Source of the DNA: an uncultured Ruminococcus sp.
GTDB taxonomy: Bacteria > Bacillota > Clostridia > Oscillospirales > Ruminococcaceae
Direction: 5' to 3'
Assembly: GCA_949283725.1 (NCBI GenBank)
Contig: CASDUD010000162.1
Location: 1-52,436, forward strand
Length of the DNA stretch: 52,436 nucleotides
The position numbers and the translations under genes were made by a program. The notes below the pieces were generated by a model. The model ran no database searches. It saw only the letters and a program-made list of their open reading frames with translations, and had not been told where the DNA came from. Shown here one piece after another: positions 9,749 through 19,745 of the stretch. The first letter of the stretch is position 1. Every line of letters begins with the position of its first letter.

Positions 9749-10261
9749 ATGCACCTTCCTACAGAAAAACATACATCTCGGAAAAAGCGACCCACCCTTC
9801 CAAGGAAATGGCTTGTGCTGCTTTTGGTACTCGTCGTGTTTCTACTCACCGCCGGCATCTGGATGGGTATGCCCCGTTCGCTGGGCGCACAACTTCCGGC
9901 GGAACAGCCGATTACCCTCGCCATCAGCACATCCGAAGTGCATACAACGGGCAGCGTCACCGCAGAGGGGGAACAGTTGACCTACCAGCCGGATACCGAA
10001 GCCTATACCGCGTTGGTGCGTCTGCTGGACGATACAAACTATCACTGCACTTTCAAAAGTCTGATCCCGGCGCATGATTTTCATATGGATCGGCAATCGG
10101 TTACCGTGCAATTCTCGGCCGGGCAGCAGCACTGGCTGCTGACGGACAGGGGTGACCTCGCCATTCAAAAAACAGAAGCGGCCGCCTATCATCGGTATAG
10201 AATTTCCACAGAAGATGCCCAGCAGATTTGCGAAATGATACAAGCAAGCATCATGGAATAA
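9749..10261 (+). CDS. Hypothetical membrane-anchored protein
   Basis: Basic N-terminus, one hydrophobic helix (WLVLLLVLVVFLLTAGIWMG), then an extracellular domain. AAGGGGTG RBS before ATG 9749; alternative start 9707. Confidence 0.65.
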   Translation: MHLPTEKHTSRKKRPTLPRKWLVLLLVLVVFLLTAGIWMGMPRSLGAQLPAEQPITLAISTSEVHTTGSVTAEGEQLTYQPDTEAYTALVRLLDDTNYHCTFKSLIPAHDFHMDRQSVTVQFSAGQQHWLLTDRGDLAIQKTEAAAYHRYRISTEDAQQICEMIQASIME

Positions 10262-10331
10262 GAAGAGGATCGTTGCACCAAAAGCGTGCAGCAACCCTCT
10301 TTGCTTTTCCTTTTGTCCGTCATCCGCCCCT

Positions 10332-11252
10332 TTATCCTTGCCATGGCTCTGTATAGGCAGATGTCACCCCCAGATATTCTTCCAGCGTTAGGTCATACTG
10401 CTGGATTTCCTGCGCCACCGCGCTTCCCACATAGCGAATGTGCCACGGCTCATATTGATAGCCGGTAATGTGCTCTTTGCCCAGCGGAAAACGGATGATA
10501 AAGCCATACGCCGCACAGTGCTGTGCCAGCCACGCCGCTTCGGGCGTTTCCCCAAAGGCATCATCAATGGTATTGCAGTCGATGGTCAGCCCCGACTGGT
10601 GTTCCGAATGCCCCGGTCGGGCAGAAAACGTGTCTGCCTCTTCCCAGCCGTAAAGGTCACAATAGTTCTGATAGATTTTCACTTGATAGGCATAATCCCG
10701 ATAGTCCGAGCCAATATAGAGATCCAACCCTTCCGCCGCCGCGGCTGCTTGCAGCTGGGTGAAAGCACCCTCCGCCACCGGTTCCAGCCCCGGATCGTAT
10801 GTCTCTGGCAGCGAATAGGTCTTGTTCACGATCAGAATGTCGTCCACATAGGTACATCCGTCGCGCTGTTCCAGATGCCGTACCGCGACTTGATATACAT
10901 CGCCCTTATCGCCTGTTATGGTGCAGCGACCCGGCTGCAAACCGGTGACTACACCGTTTTCGTCTACCTGGGCGATGGTCTCATCACTGCTTGTCCACGT
11001 TTCATCCGCTGCACCGGCGAGTTGCGTGGTATTGCCCGTCAAAACGGCAGCAAACTGGTTCGCGGTTGTCTCCACTGGCAATGTCGCCGTACCCGACGCT
11101 TCCTCGATATCTGTCTGCGTCTGCACCACGGGGCGGTTATGCGCATTCGGCACAAACAGCAGCCAAACCGCAAAACCCAGCACGGCCAGACAGAGCACCA
11201 TCACGCTCGCCACCAAGCTCTGATAGATTCTCTTTCTCTTTTGATATTGCAT
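10332..11252 (-). CDS. M15B (VanY/LdcB-like) peptidoglycan carboxypeptidase with membrane anchor and Ig-like (Big_2) domain
   Basis: SARPGHSEHQSGLTID and YEPWHIRYVG Zn motifs. WTSSDETIAQVDENGVVTG is Big_2-like. N-terminal TM helix. Confidence 0.88.
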   Translation of the reverse strand: MQYQKRKRIYQSLVASVMVLCLAVLGFAVWLLFVPNAHNRPVVQTQTDIEEASGTATLPVETTANQFAAVLTGNTTQLAGAADETWTSSDETIAQVDENGVVTGLQPGRCTITGDKGDVYQVAVRHLEQRDGCTYVDDILIVNKTYSLPETYDPGLEPVAEGAFTQLQAAAAAEGLDLYIGSDYRDYAYQVKIYQNYCDLYGWEEADTFSARPGHSEHQSGLTIDCNTIDDAFGETPEAAWLAQHCAAYGFIIRFPLGKEHITGYQYEPWHIRYVGSAVAQEIQQYDLTLEEYLGVTSAYTEPWQG

Positions 11253-11844
11253 CGTCTCTTCCCCCTCCTACATGGCGTTTAATCGCATGACACCTCGCCG
11301 CCGGGTGCCCGATGTATCGTCCGTTCTTCCAACGCCTCCGGCTGGTGCTGGTGCAGTCTCCGACATCATATTCCACCTTCCTTTCTACAGTTCTACAGCC
11401 ACACCACACTAGATGCGCAAGCTTTGTTGCCGTGCTGCATGCACTTTTTGAGCCGCCATTCTACGAACCTATCTTCACAAGATACCACGGCAGCTTTTTT
11501 GGCATCTTTGCCCCATGACTTTGCTCGAAATCCTTGGCAATACATATAACATACCGTATTGCTGCGACTTTCGTGCTTTACCATGGCATAAATCTGCCGA
11601 AAAATGGGTTCGCGTTCCTTGTGAAGGCAGATTCTACTATAGTACGAATCCTTCATCCACCGAATGAAAATCTTGCCCGCTGTCATTCCGTCACGCTGCG
11701 TCCACCTCCCTTGACTTGCGCCAGCAAGCCTACGGTTGTCCGCCTTGATTGACAAAATACGATCAGGCAGTCTTTTCATTAGAACGATGCGGGATTACTA
11801 TAAGAACAACATAAGAAAGGATTTTGTGACATACTTCTGATTCG

Positions 11845-11885
11845 AAAAAAAGAGCCTCTCCCCGCTATCGGTAAAAAGGCTCTTT
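11845..11885 (-). terminator. Intrinsic terminator after the LRR genes
   Basis: AAAGAGCCT...AGGCTCTTTTTT on the minus strand. Confidence 0.7.
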
Positions 11886-11913
11886 GTATTCCCATTCCAC
11901 AAATTTTTTCGTC

Positions 11914-11965
11914 TTAGAGCCTGTTTCGTATCTGGACGGGCGGAGAGATGCGAAACAGATGCTTA
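11914..11965. repeat. Dispersed repeat family B (MITE/REP-like), TTA...TTA flanks
   Basis: TTA-GAGCCTGTTTCGTATCT...AGATGCGAAACAGATGC-TTA. The right TTA is the stop codon of the LRR gene. Confidence 0.85.
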
Positions 11966-13609
11966 TGGCTTCTCATCGGCTTCTTCGCTGTCTGCGTGTC
12001 CCCGATGGTGCAGCTGGGCATGGTCGAGCGTCTCCTCATAGGGCAGCACCTCGTCCGGTTCGTCCGGTTCATCGTCCACGATGCTGCGATAGCCATCGTC
12101 AAAGGTGGGATGTTCGGCTTCTTCCTGCGCACGCTTTGCCGCTTCTGCCGCCTGTTCCGCCCGCTTTGCACGCCGTTCACCAGCCGTTGCCATCGTCCGG
12201 CGCACCACCAGCACTGCAATTGCCAGCACAATCACCCCTACAGCGCACAGAATCGCCCAGAAACCAAATGCCTGCCAGTCAAAATTCACCGTATCAAAGT
12301 CGATATCCACATCGCTTTCCTTGACATAGTCCGCCGCTGCGCCGGTATAGCCCACCAGCTGGAAGCCCTCGAGCGCCTTCACTTGCAGAGTACTGCCGCT
12401 GTCGCTGGTGACGGTCACCACCGATTCGCTGTCCGTCTCGTCCTCCGCTGGGGCGGTGCAGCCAAAGGCATACTGGCCGATCTCAGACACACGCTTAGGC
12501 AGCCGTACCGTCATCAGATTGTCGCAGCAGTAGAAGGCAAAGCTTTCGATTTCCAGCGGCTCGCCTTCGCCGCCGTCCTCCGCATCGGCGCCGACAAACG
12601 TCACCTCTGTGAGGCCCGTACAGTCGGCAAAGGCGGTAGAACTGATGGTTGTCACCGATTCCGGAATGGTGAGCGAGGTCAGACCACTGCAAAAGTCAAA
12701 CGCCATTTCCCCGATATATTGCAGCGTATCGTTGAATGTGATCTGCGTCAGATTCTCTGCGGCAAAAAATGCCCCCGCATAGATGACCAGCACATCATCC
12801 GGCACCGTAAAGGTGGTGTCCGTCCGCGCCGGCGGGTAGAGATATAGGATGCTCTGCTCCGTGTCATACAGGACATTGTCCACCGCCACATAATGGGCGT
12901 TGCCTTCCTCCACCGAAATGGTGGCCAGCGAAGGACAGCCCAAAAATGCCATCGCCCCAATCGTTTCAATCTGCTGCGGCACCGTAAAGTCCGTCAGCGA
13001 CAGACAACCATAGAAGGCATAGCTGCCGATCTCGGTCACCTTTTCTGGAATCGTGATATGCTCGAGGCTGGCACAATAGTAGAAGGTCTGATTGCCCATG
13101 GTTTCGAGCGTATCGGGCAATGTCAATTCTGTCAGGCTGGTGCAGTAGCCAAACACCATATCGCCAAAGCTTTGCACGCCGCTGCCCAGATCCAGATCGC
13201 TGAGACTGGAACACTGAAAGAACGTCCCACTCTCCAGTTCCGTCACGCCATCGGGAATGGTCAACGCTTCTAGGCTCGTACAGCCATAGAAGGCACTCTC
13301 GCCGATGGATGTCACAGAACTGGGGATCGTCAACGACATCAATTCTGTACAGTTGGCAAATGCCTCGTCACCGATCGCCACAATGTCATAGCCGTCGATC
13401 TCCGGCATAATGCTGATGTTCGTGGCGGAGGTTGTACAGTCCGTCACCGCCACTTGGGTTCCATTCAATATGGTATAGGTCAGCGTGCCATCATCAAAGG
13501 TACTGCTGCTGTCCTCTTCCTCCTCCGCAAAGGCAGTGCCCATGGGCAGAAGCAGTCCGACAGCACACAGCACGGCAGCGGCTGCGCCAAGTCCACGTAG
13601 ATATTTCAT
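11963..13609 (-). CDS. BspA/TpLRR-type leucine-rich-repeat surface protein (signal peptide, C-terminal TM, acidic tail)
   Basis: About 10 repeats of the type LxxLTIPxSVTxIGxxAFxGC. Signal peptide ends ...GTAFA. TM segment FWAILCAVGVIVLAIAVLVV. Confidence 0.9.
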   Translation of the reverse strand: MKYLRGLGAAAAVLCAVGLLLPMGTAFAEEEEDSSSTFDDGTLTYTILNGTQVAVTDCTTSATNISIMPEIDGYDIVAIGDEAFANCTELMSLTIPSSVTSIGESAFYGCTSLEALTIPDGVTELESGTFFQCSSLSDLDLGSGVQSFGDMVFGYCTSLTELTLPDTLETMGNQTFYYCASLEHITIPEKVTEIGSYAFYGCLSLTDFTVPQQIETIGAMAFLGCPSLATISVEEGNAHYVAVDNVLYDTEQSILYLYPPARTDTTFTVPDDVLVIYAGAFFAAENLTQITFNDTLQYIGEMAFDFCSGLTSLTIPESVTTISSTAFADCTGLTEVTFVGADAEDGGEGEPLEIESFAFYCCDNLMTVRLPKRVSEIGQYAFGCTAPAEDETDSESVVTVTSDSGSTLQVKALEGFQLVGYTGAAADYVKESDVDIDFDTVNFDWQAFGFWAILCAVGVIVLAIAVLVVRRTMATAGERRAKRAEQAAEAAKRAQEEAEHPTFDDGYRSIVDDEPDEPDEVLPYEETLDHAQLHHRGHADSEEADEKP

Positions 13610-13652
13610 GCTTTTTGCTTTCCTTTCTGCAGGGGTTCGGTCAGAACCCGTC

Positions 13653-13703
13653 TCAGCGCTGTTTCACATCACTTCGCACGCCAAGATACGAAACAGACAC
13701 TCA
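13653..13703. repeat. Repeat family B, inverted copy, TCA...TCA flanks
   Basis: TCA-GCGCTGTTTCACATCACTTCGCACGCCAAGATACGAAACAGACAC-TCA between the two LRR genes. Confidence 0.8.
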
Positions 13704-13742
13704 CTTTTTTGGGACGTTTTGTCGTGGCGGCTGCCCTGCCAC

Positions 13743-15059
13743 TTATGCATCCGCCGTCTCATCGTCTTCTGCCGCATCTGTCTTTTCGGCTGTATGGTTT
13801 TCGTCCTGGTTGGCAGTGTGCTCGTCCGCCGGTACGGCTTTGGCAGCCGTTTCGGGCGCCGGTGCGGCTTGGGGCTCCGCCTTCGGTGTCTTAGGCTTTC
13901 TGTTCGACAGCAGCAGGATCGCGCCAATCACCAGCAGCACGACAGCCGCCACACCCAGCAAAATCCATCGGCCATAGGTCTGCCAAACGCTCTGGGACTG
14001 CGCCTCGACTTCTACCGTCTCGTTATCGCTGTCCACTTCTTCGGACATCACGCTCTGGAAGGTAAAGTTGTTCGAATAGTTGTTCTCCGAATCCTCATCG
14101 GTACAGTATCGTTCCGCCTGTGAGCCGACTGTACCATAGATCACAAAATCATCCACCGGTGTCTCCATATCCTCCTCATAGCCAAAGGCGCAGAAGCCGA
14201 TATAGGTGACACTGGAGGGAATCGTCACTTCCCGCATGGCGGTACCCGCAAAGGCCGCCATCTGGATTTCCGTCAGATGGCCCGCATCGGAAAAAGTCAC
14301 CTGCTCTAGGGCACTGTCTCCCGCAAACGCCGCCGCTTCAATCAATTCTAAGCTGTCCGGGAAGGTGACTTCTGTCAGGTCTGTGCAATAGGCGAACGCA
14401 TACTGACCGATTTCCAACAGCGAATCCGGCAGTTCCAGCGAGCCCAGCGGCGTCCAGCCAAACGCCCATTCATCGATGTAGAGTAAGCCATCCGGAAAGG
14501 TCACTTCTGTCAACGCGGTATTGGAAAAGGATGACGACCAGATTTCCAGCACACCATCCGGCACCGTATAAGAGGTACCTTCCATCGCGGGGGGATAGAG
14601 ATAGAGATCCCGTCCGTCGGCGGACAGCAGCACGCCATCCTGTACCTGAAATGCCGTATTGCCCTCTGCCACTTCGATCGTCTCCAGCGCGGTTGTCCCA
14701 TAGAAGCAGGAGTCCGAGAGAGTCTCCAGTGTCTCGGGCAGGGTGATGGAAGTCACCGTATCCAGCAGCGCAAACGCACCGCTGCCCAGTCCCACCACCG
14801 TACAGCCTTCCAGCGTCTCGGGGACAACAATCTCCGTATCCTGCCCGAGATAGTCGGTAATGGTGGCATCGCCGTTCTCATCCACGGTATATTCATAGTC
14901 CCCGCTGATCCGTTCCTCCGCCTCGCTGCTCTCCGTATCGGTTGATAGCGCCGATTCTTCCGTTTTTATGCGGCTTTCTTCTTCGGCAGCTGCCGTCAGC
15001 CCCATGCCCTGTACCAGGCACACCGCTGCCGCAAGCCATGTAAATATATGTAACTTCAT
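13743..15059 (-). CDS. BspA/TpLRR-type leucine-rich-repeat surface protein
   Basis: LTEVTFPDSLELIEAAAFAG-type repeats, signal peptide, C-terminal TM (WILLGVAAVVLLVIGAILLL). Confidence 0.9.
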   Translation of the reverse strand: MKLHIFTWLAAAVCLVQGMGLTAAAEEESRIKTEESALSTDTESSEAEERISGDYEYTVDENGDATITDYLGQDTEIVVPETLEGCTVVGLGSGAFALLDTVTSITLPETLETLSDSCFYGTTALETIEVAEGNTAFQVQDGVLLSADGRDLYLYPPAMEGTSYTVPDGVLEIWSSSFSNTALTEVTFPDGLLYIDEWAFGWTPLGSLELPDSLLEIGQYAFAYCTDLTEVTFPDSLELIEAAAFAGDSALEQVTFSDAGHLTEIQMAAFAGTAMREVTIPSSVTYIGFCAFGYEEDMETPVDDFVIYGTVGSQAERYCTDEDSENNYSNNFTFQSVMSEEVDSDNETVEVEAQSQSVWQTYGRWILLGVAAVVLLVIGAILLLSNRKPKTPKAEPQAAPAPETAAKAVPADEHTANQDENHTAEKTDAAEDDETADA

Positions 15060-15080
15060 GTTCTTTTCGTTCCTTTTTCT

Positions 15081-16901
15081 TTATTCCACCGTCACGGACT
15101 TTGCCAGATTCCGGGGTTTATCCACATCGTTGCCCTTCAGCACCGAGGTATAGTAGGCAATCAATTGCAGCGGCACGACGGCAATCATCGGCATCAACAG
15201 GTCATCCAATTCCGGCAAGCCGAATTGCAGATCAACGGCATCCGGGTCCACATCGTCGCTCGCCCGGCACACCAAAATCACCTTTGCGCCCCGTGCCTTG
15301 ACTTCCTTGATATTGCTGATGGTCTTTTCCATCAACGCCTTTTGCGTCGCCACGGCAATGACGGGCATATTCTCCGTAATCAGAGAAATCGTCCCGTGTT
15401 TCAACTCCCCGGCGGCATAGGATTCGGAGTGGATGTAGGAGATTTCCTTGAGTTTCAGCGAACCCTCCATACTCAGCGCATAATCCAGCCCTCTTCCGAT
15501 ATATAGCAGGCTGTCTGCGGTGATCAGCGAAGAGGCAATGTACTGAGTCTTTTCCTTATGTTCTAAGATGGATTCAATGGCATCGGGGGTCTGTTCCAGC
15601 TTTGCCACCAGCGCGCGGCACGTCGTCTCATCGATCTGTCCCACCGCCAGTGCCAGTTCAAATGCGAACAGATACATCACGGCAATCTGTACCATATACG
15701 CCTTTGTGGACGCCACCGCAATCTCCGGGCCGGCGTGGGTATAGATGAGCATATCCGCCTCTCGTGCGATGGAACTGCCCATGGCGTTGACAATCGCCAG
15801 CGTCTTGGCACCGAGTGATTTCGCCAGGCGCATCGCCGCTAAGCTGTCGGCCGTCTCGCCGGACTGGGAAATGATGATGACCAGATCCCCCGCACCCACC
15901 AGTGGATCCCGATAGCGGAATTCCGAGGCGATATCCACCGTCACCGGTACACGTGCCAGCTTTTCGATGACATACTTCCCCACCGTTCCGGCGTGCATCG
16001 CCGTGCCACACGCCACCACATGGATATGGCGAAAGCTGCGGAGCATCTCGTGGGTAATGCCGCACTCCTCCAGGTCGGGCAGACCGCTGCGAATGCGATC
16101 CTTAATGGTGTTGCGGATGGCGGTGGGCTGTTCGTGAATTTCCTTCAGCATAAAGTGCGCATAGCCGCCCTTTCCGATGGCCTCCACATCCCAGTCCGCC
16201 GTTTTGAGCTCCTTCTGGATCGGTGCGCCAAAGACGTCATAAATCTGCACGCCTTCGCCATCGAGCACCGCAATCTCCTCATGTTCCAATAGGTAATACT
16301 GCCGGGTATATTCGATGATCGCCGGGACATCGGAGGCAATGAAACTCTCGCCGTCACCCACGCCCACAATCAGCGGGCTTTCACAGCGTACCGCGTACAC
16401 CTGACCCGGATGGTCGGCAAAGATGATGCCGAGCGAATAGGAGCCTTCCAAATCCCGAATGGTTTCTAAAATCGTTTCGATGGGGCTTCCGTTATAGCGA
16501 TAGTCGAGCAGTTTCGCCACCACCTCGGTATCCGTATCGCTGTCGAACAACACGCCTTTTGAACGCAGATAGTCTTTCAGTTCCTTATAGTTCTCAATGA
16601 TGCCGTTGTGGACGATAGCGACCCGCCCGCCGCTGTGCGGGTGCGCATTCACATCCGACGGCTCGCCGTGCGTTGCCCAGCGGGTATGGCCAATCCCCAC
16701 ATGCCCCACCGGCCGCCCCGACCGTTCCATTTTTTCTTCCAGATCTTTGAGCCGCCCCTTGGACTTTGCCACGGCGATCTTTCCGTCCTGGAACACCGCA
16801 ATGCCTGCGGAGTCATAGCCCCGATATTCCAGCTTTGAAAGGCCGTTCATCAGTACCTCTGTGCAATCCCGTTTGCCCACATATCCAACAATTCCACACA
16901 T
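15081..16901 (-). CDS. glmS: Glutamine--fructose-6-phosphate aminotransferase
   Basis: MCGIVG Ntn start at 16901, LEYRGYDSAG, GHTRWATHG, SQSGETAD, C-terminal DKPRNLAKSVTVE. Confidence 0.97.
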   Translation of the reverse strand: MCGIVGYVGKRDCTEVLMNGLSKLEYRGYDSAGIAVFQDGKIAVAKSKGRLKDLEEKMERSGRPVGHVGIGHTRWATHGEPSDVNAHPHSGGRVAIVHNGIIENYKELKDYLRSKGVLFDSDTDTEVVAKLLDYRYNGSPIETILETIRDLEGSYSLGIIFADHPGQVYAVRCESPLIVGVGDGESFIASDVPAIIEYTRQYYLLEHEEIAVLDGEGVQIYDVFGAPIQKELKTADWDVEAIGKGGYAHFMLKEIHEQPTAIRNTIKDRIRSGLPDLEECGITHEMLRSFRHIHVVACGTAMHAGTVGKYVIEKLARVPVTVDIASEFRYRDPLVGAGDLVIIISQSGETADSLAAMRLAKSLGAKTLAIVNAMGSSIAREADMLIYTHAGPEIAVASTKAYMVQIAVMYLFAFELALAVGQIDETTCRALVAKLEQTPDAIESILEHKEKTQYIASSLITADSLLYIGRGLDYALSMEGSLKLKEISYIHSESYAAGELKHGTISLITENMPVIAVATQKALMEKTISNIKEVKARGAKVILVCRASDDVDPDAVDLQFGLPELDDLLMPMIAVVPLQLIAYYTSVLKGNDVDKPRNLAKSVTVE

Positions 16902-17112
16902 ATCCTCTGTGCCTCGCTTTCCCATCGGTGCCGCTAGGACAACCCCGCACAAAGACCGCCTAACGGCTTTGCGGTGCCGCCCTGGAACTTGTGCCCAAGT
17001 TCTCATCCGCCCGGATGCACACCGATACAGAATTTCTGGTCTGAGAGCCGATTTTGGCTCTAGGCAATACCGTATCTTTGTGCGGTGCTGCCTCTCATCT
17101 CACATACTATAG

Positions 17113-17141
17113 ATTATACCATAATAGCCACAAAAATGCAA
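17113..17141 (-). promoter_or_regulatory. SigmaA promoter of glmS (~200-nt leader)
   Basis: TTGCAT-17 nt-TATAAT with a TG extension. Confidence 0.75.
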
Positions 17142-17237
17142 CTGATTTTTTGTTGAAAATTATGTGATCGTCCTGCGTAAAAAGCGGGTTTCTACTCGTC
17201 TACACCAACTTTTCCAAAGCCAGCCCTGCCAACACGC

Positions 17238-17283
17238 AAAAAAGCACGCCCTTCTGCGGCTTTCCACAGAAAAACGTGCTTTT
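17238..17283 (-). terminator. Intrinsic terminator after serA
   Basis: AAAAGCACG...CGTGCTTTTTT on the minus strand. Confidence 0.7.
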
Positions 17284-17318
17284 GTATATAGCATATAAGC
17301 AGCGTATAAGAACCTGTC

Positions 17319-18485
17319 TTACTTTTCGATCACGCGCACCCGCTGTACACCGTCAATGGCACGCAGGGCATCGATCATGGCATCGGTCACGCCGTCAATA
17401 TCCAAAATCGTATAGGCATAGTCCTTCTTGCTGGTGTTGAGCATATTCTCGATATTCGCACCGGCCTCGCCCACGACAGCGGTCATCGCCGAAATCATCG
17501 CCGGCACATTCTTATGGATGACGCACACCTTCGTATAGGTCGTTTCCAACTGGGCGCTGGGCAGGTTCACGCTGTTGCGGATGTCGCCCCGTTCCAGATA
17601 TGCCATCAGTTCCTCGGCCGCCATGCTGGCGCAGTTGTCCTCACTCTCCGGCGTCGAGGCGCCCAGATGCGGGGTGGCAATCACGTGCGGCGCCCCCACG
17701 ACCGTTTCGTTCGGAAAGTCGGTGCAGTAATAGGCGACCTTGCCGCTTTCCAGTGCCGCCAGCATATCCGCATCGTTGACCAATTCGCCACGGGCATAGT
17801 TGAGCACCCGCACGCCATCCTTCATCTTTGCGAGGGTCTGGGCGTTGATCATGCCCTTTGTATCGCTGTTATAGGGCACGTGGATGGTGAGATAGTCTGC
17901 CTGTGCAAAGACATTGTCCTGCGACTTGACCACCTGTACGGACGGATCCAGGCGCAACGCCGCCCCGACAGACAAAAATGGGTCGGTACCGACCACCCGC
18001 ATCCCCAGGGCGACGGCGGCATTCGCTACGAGGGCGCCGATGGCACCCAGCCCGATGATGCCGAGCGTTTTGCCCTGGATTTCGGGGCCGGCGAATTGGC
18101 TCTTTCCCTTTTCCACCTGTTTGGCAACAGAGAGTTCCCCTTCTTCGAGCCGCGCCGCCCACGCCAGCGATTCAGGAATCCGCCGCGAGGACAGGAGCAG
18201 CCCCGTCAGCACCAGTTCCTTTACAGCGTTGGCGTTGGCACCCGGCGTATTGAACACGCAGATGCCCGCTTCACTGCACCGGTCGAGGGGAATATTGTTC
18301 ACGCCGGCACCCGCCCGTGCGATGGCGAGCAGATTTTCGCCAAACGCCATCTCATGGAGCGAGGCGCTGCGCACCAGAATCGCATCCGGATTTTCGGCAT
18401 TGTCGGTGAGTGCATAGTTTTCTCCAAAGCGGCTTGTGCCGGCCTTAGAGATCTGATTCATGGTTCGAATGGTATACATGGTCAT
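17319..18485 (-). CDS. serA: D-3-phosphoglycerate dehydrogenase with C-terminal ACT domain
   Basis: ARAGAGVNNI, NTPGANANAV, GIIGLGAIG (Rossmann fold), TPHLGAST. Adjacent to serC. Confidence 0.93.
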   Translation of the reverse strand: MTMYTIRTMNQISKAGTSRFGENYALTDNAENPDAILVRSASLHEMAFGENLLAIARAGAGVNNIPLDRCSEAGICVFNTPGANANAVKELVLTGLLLSSRRIPESLAWAARLEEGELSVAKQVEKGKSQFAGPEIQGKTLGIIGLGAIGALVANAAVALGMRVVGTDPFLSVGAALRLDPSVQVVKSQDNVFAQADYLTIHVPYNSDTKGMINAQTLAKMKDGVRVLNYARGELVNDADMLAALESGKVAYYCTDFPNETVVGAPHVIATPHLGASTPESEDNCASMAAEELMAYLERGDIRNSVNLPSAQLETTYTKVCVIHKNVPAMISAMTAVVGEAGANIENMLNTSKKDYAYTILDIDGVTDAMIDALRAIDGVQRVRVIEK

Positions 18486-18497
18486 GCTGTCCTTTCC

Positions 18498-19583
18498 TCA
18501 AGCGTTATCCGCTTCAAACTTGCGCATAAATTCCACCAGTTTTTCGACCCCTTCGATGGGCATGGCATTGTAGATCGACGCACGCATACCGCCCACCGTG
18601 CGGTGTCCCTTTAGATTCACAAAGCCCGCAGCGGCCGCTTCCTTGACAAACTTGGCATCGAGCGCCTTGTCGCCCGTCACAAACGGCACGTTCATCAGCG
18701 AGCGATCCTCCCGGCGCACAGTGCCCTTAAACAGGCGGCTCTCATCCAAAAAGTCATACAGCACCTTCGCCTTGGCGATATTGCGCTGCTGCATCGCCTC
18801 GAGTCCGCCCATCTTCTTGATCCACTGGAACACCTTCCCGCAGATATAGATGCCATAACAGGGCGGGGTGTTATAGAGCGAGTGGGCGTCCGCCTGGGTT
18901 TTCCACGCAAGCATGGTCGGGGTATTTTCCACCGCCGGTGTCTCTGGGATCATATCGTCCCGGATGATGGCGATGACCACACCCGCCGGACCGATATTCT
19001 TCTGCACACCGCCATAAATGACGGCATATTTCGTCACATCCATCGGCTCGCTCAAGAAGCACGAGGACACATCTGCCACCAGCGGCTTGCCCTTTGTATT
19101 CGGCAGCGTGTGGAACTTTGTGCCATAAATCGTATTATTCTCACAGATATATACATAATCCGCCGCCTCATCGATGGGCAGGTCGGAACAATCCGGAATA
19201 TAGGAGAATGTCTCGTCCTCCGAAGAGGCAATCTTCACCGCCTTGCCATATTTCTGGGCTTCCTGATATGCCTTCTTCGCCCACTGGCCGGTGACGATAT
19301 AATCCGCCACGCCATGCCGCATCAGGTTCATGGGAATGGCCGCAAACTGCTGAGACGCACCGCCCTGTAAAAACAGCACTTGATAATTGTCCGGGATCCC
19401 CATCAGGGCACGCAGATCTGCTTCTGCCGTCTGGATGATCTCCTCAAACGCCGCACTGCGGTGACTCATCTCCATCACGGACATCCCCGTCCCCCGGTAA
19501 TCCAACATCTCCGCAGCTGCCTCCTGCAGCACTTCTTCCGGCAGCACCGCCGGGCCGGCACTGAAATTGTACACTCTATGCAT
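18498..19583 (-). CDS. serC: Phosphoserine aminotransferase
   Basis: RVYNFSAGPAVLP, GGVQKNIGPAG (PLP lysine), KGHRTVGGMRASIYNA. Confidence 0.97.
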   Translation of the reverse strand: MHRVYNFSAGPAVLPEEVLQEAAAEMLDYRGTGMSVMEMSHRSAAFEEIIQTAEADLRALMGIPDNYQVLFLQGGASQQFAAIPMNLMRHGVADYIVTGQWAKKAYQEAQKYGKAVKIASSEDETFSYIPDCSDLPIDEAADYVYICENNTIYGTKFHTLPNTKGKPLVADVSSCFLSEPMDVTKYAVIYGGVQKNIGPAGVVIAIIRDDMIPETPAVENTPTMLAWKTQADAHSLYNTPPCYGIYICGKVFQWIKKMGGLEAMQQRNIAKAKVLYDFLDESRLFKGTVRREDRSLMNVPFVTGDKALDAKFVKEAAAAGFVNLKGHRTVGGMRASIYNAMPIEGVEKLVEFMRKFEADNA

Positions 19584-19745
19584 CGCTCGATTGCCCTCCT
19601 GTCAGACACCGCACAGGCGCTTTTCTGCCGCCCCTGGTGTCTCATTGATTCTTCCACGCCTGTTTTGCCGCTTTTTCTCCCCAAGACGCCAAAACATACG
19701 CCCATATCGTTTCAGTCGGTTCTCCTTCCTACACGGTATTTTTTC

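Noticed and set aside
10332-11252. vanY / vancomycin resistance locus
   Set aside because: Lone M15B peptidase with no vanHAX or vanRS; this family is commonly housekeeping.
11393-11779. 128-aa ORF, or a c-di-AMP (ydaO) riboswitch upstream of the peptidase
   Set aside because: The ORF lacks a well-spaced RBS and runs through repeat relics; ydaO consensus elements were not found.
16902-17105. Canonical glmS ribozyme
   Set aside because: The conserved core was not recognisable by eye; reported as an unknown structured leader instead.
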